This document shows positions 42,574 to 42,818 of a stretch of DNA of 42,818 bases, piece after piece; positions within the stretch are counted from its first letter, which is position 1, and the number at the start of each line of letters is the position of its first letter. The DNA is from Chrysiogenia bacterium (GTDB lineage Bacteria; JAGRBM01), in the NCBI GenBank assembly GCA_020434085.1, contig JAGRBM010000369.1, positions 1 through 42,818 of the forward strand. The letters run 5' to 3'. Under the pieces are notes generated by a model that was given only the letters and a program-made list of their open reading frames with translations, was not told the DNA's origin and did no database searches. A program made the position numbers and the translations under genes.

Positions 42574-42660
42574 GCGCCGATCGTGACCGGCGGAGCGGAC
42601 CGCCTCAAGCAGGGATGTCCCAATGATCGGCGACGGCGCGCGCCCTTTTCGTGATGCGTC

Positions 42661-42818
42661 TTACTTCGCCACTGCCTGCGCCGGCTTCGCCGGTTTCTTG
42701 GCAGACTTCTTTACCTTCTTTTTCGCTGGCTTCTTCGCGTCGTCCGATGCGGGCCCGATCCTCTCGGGCTTCTCGCTTGCACGCCGCTTGACGGGAATGG
42801 GGTTGCCGGCCTTGCGGG
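42661..42818 (-). CDS. 3-prime end of a gene encoding a Lys/Ala-rich basic C-terminal tail (5-prime part beyond window)
   Basis: Reverse translation gives ...RKAGNPIPVKRRASEKPERIGPASDDAKKPAKKKVKKSAKKPAKPAQAVAK-stop (TAA at 42663-42661). It is not in the ORF track because the start is off-window. Identity unknown. Confidence 0.4.
   Translation of the reverse strand, partial: RKAGNPIPVKRRASEKPERIGPASDDAKKPAKKKVKKSAKKPAKPAQAVAK

Overview
This is a high-GC bacterial segment from a diderm organism, judged from lipoproteins, an OmpA domain and a C-terminal-type sorting tag. All calls rest on reading the sequence and recalling family motifs. No searches were run, and domain boundaries are approximate.

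Contents, left to right:
1. A 5-prime 3.6 kb portion of a minus-strand alpha-2-macroglobulin (YfhM-like) lipoprotein gene. It is absent from the ORF track because it runs off the window, and it is masked by a 1200-aa antisense shadow ORF.
2. Three ORFans, one carrying a CPCC cysteine-rich motif.
3. A six-gene Type I restriction-modification operon at 6806-15368 in which every junction is a stop/start overlap. The order is half-size hsdS, hsdM, full hsdS, a REP-associated tyrosine transposase (RAYT), an in-frame Fic-HsdR fusion, and a DUF45/YgjP-type metallopeptidase. The Fic-HsdR linker is a translated REP palindrome.
4. A 595-nt lower-GC leader region.
5. A single 24,039-nt ORF of 8012 codons at 15964-40002. 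In order it encodes:
   - a signal peptide;
   - mixed DUF11-like modules;
   - five ~0.94 kb bimodular units;
   - 31 DUF11 modules arranged as a 7-module supercassette repeated about 4.4 times;
   - cadherin-like, Calx-beta-like and six PKD-like modules;
   - a C-terminal-type sorting tag;
   - then, with no stop codon, a second signal peptide and a complete OmpA-family protein with TSP3 repeats.
6. A 3-prime half of a tRNA-Gly(CCC), possibly an att scar.
7. A WS/DGAT acyltransferase, a convergent metalloprotease lipoprotein, and a partial Lys-rich gene end.

The two most unusual items are the adhesin/OmpA junction and the REP-bridged Fic-HsdR fusion inside a RAYT-containing R-M operon. Most other long ORFs in the track are antisense or out-of-frame shadows typical of high-GC DNA.
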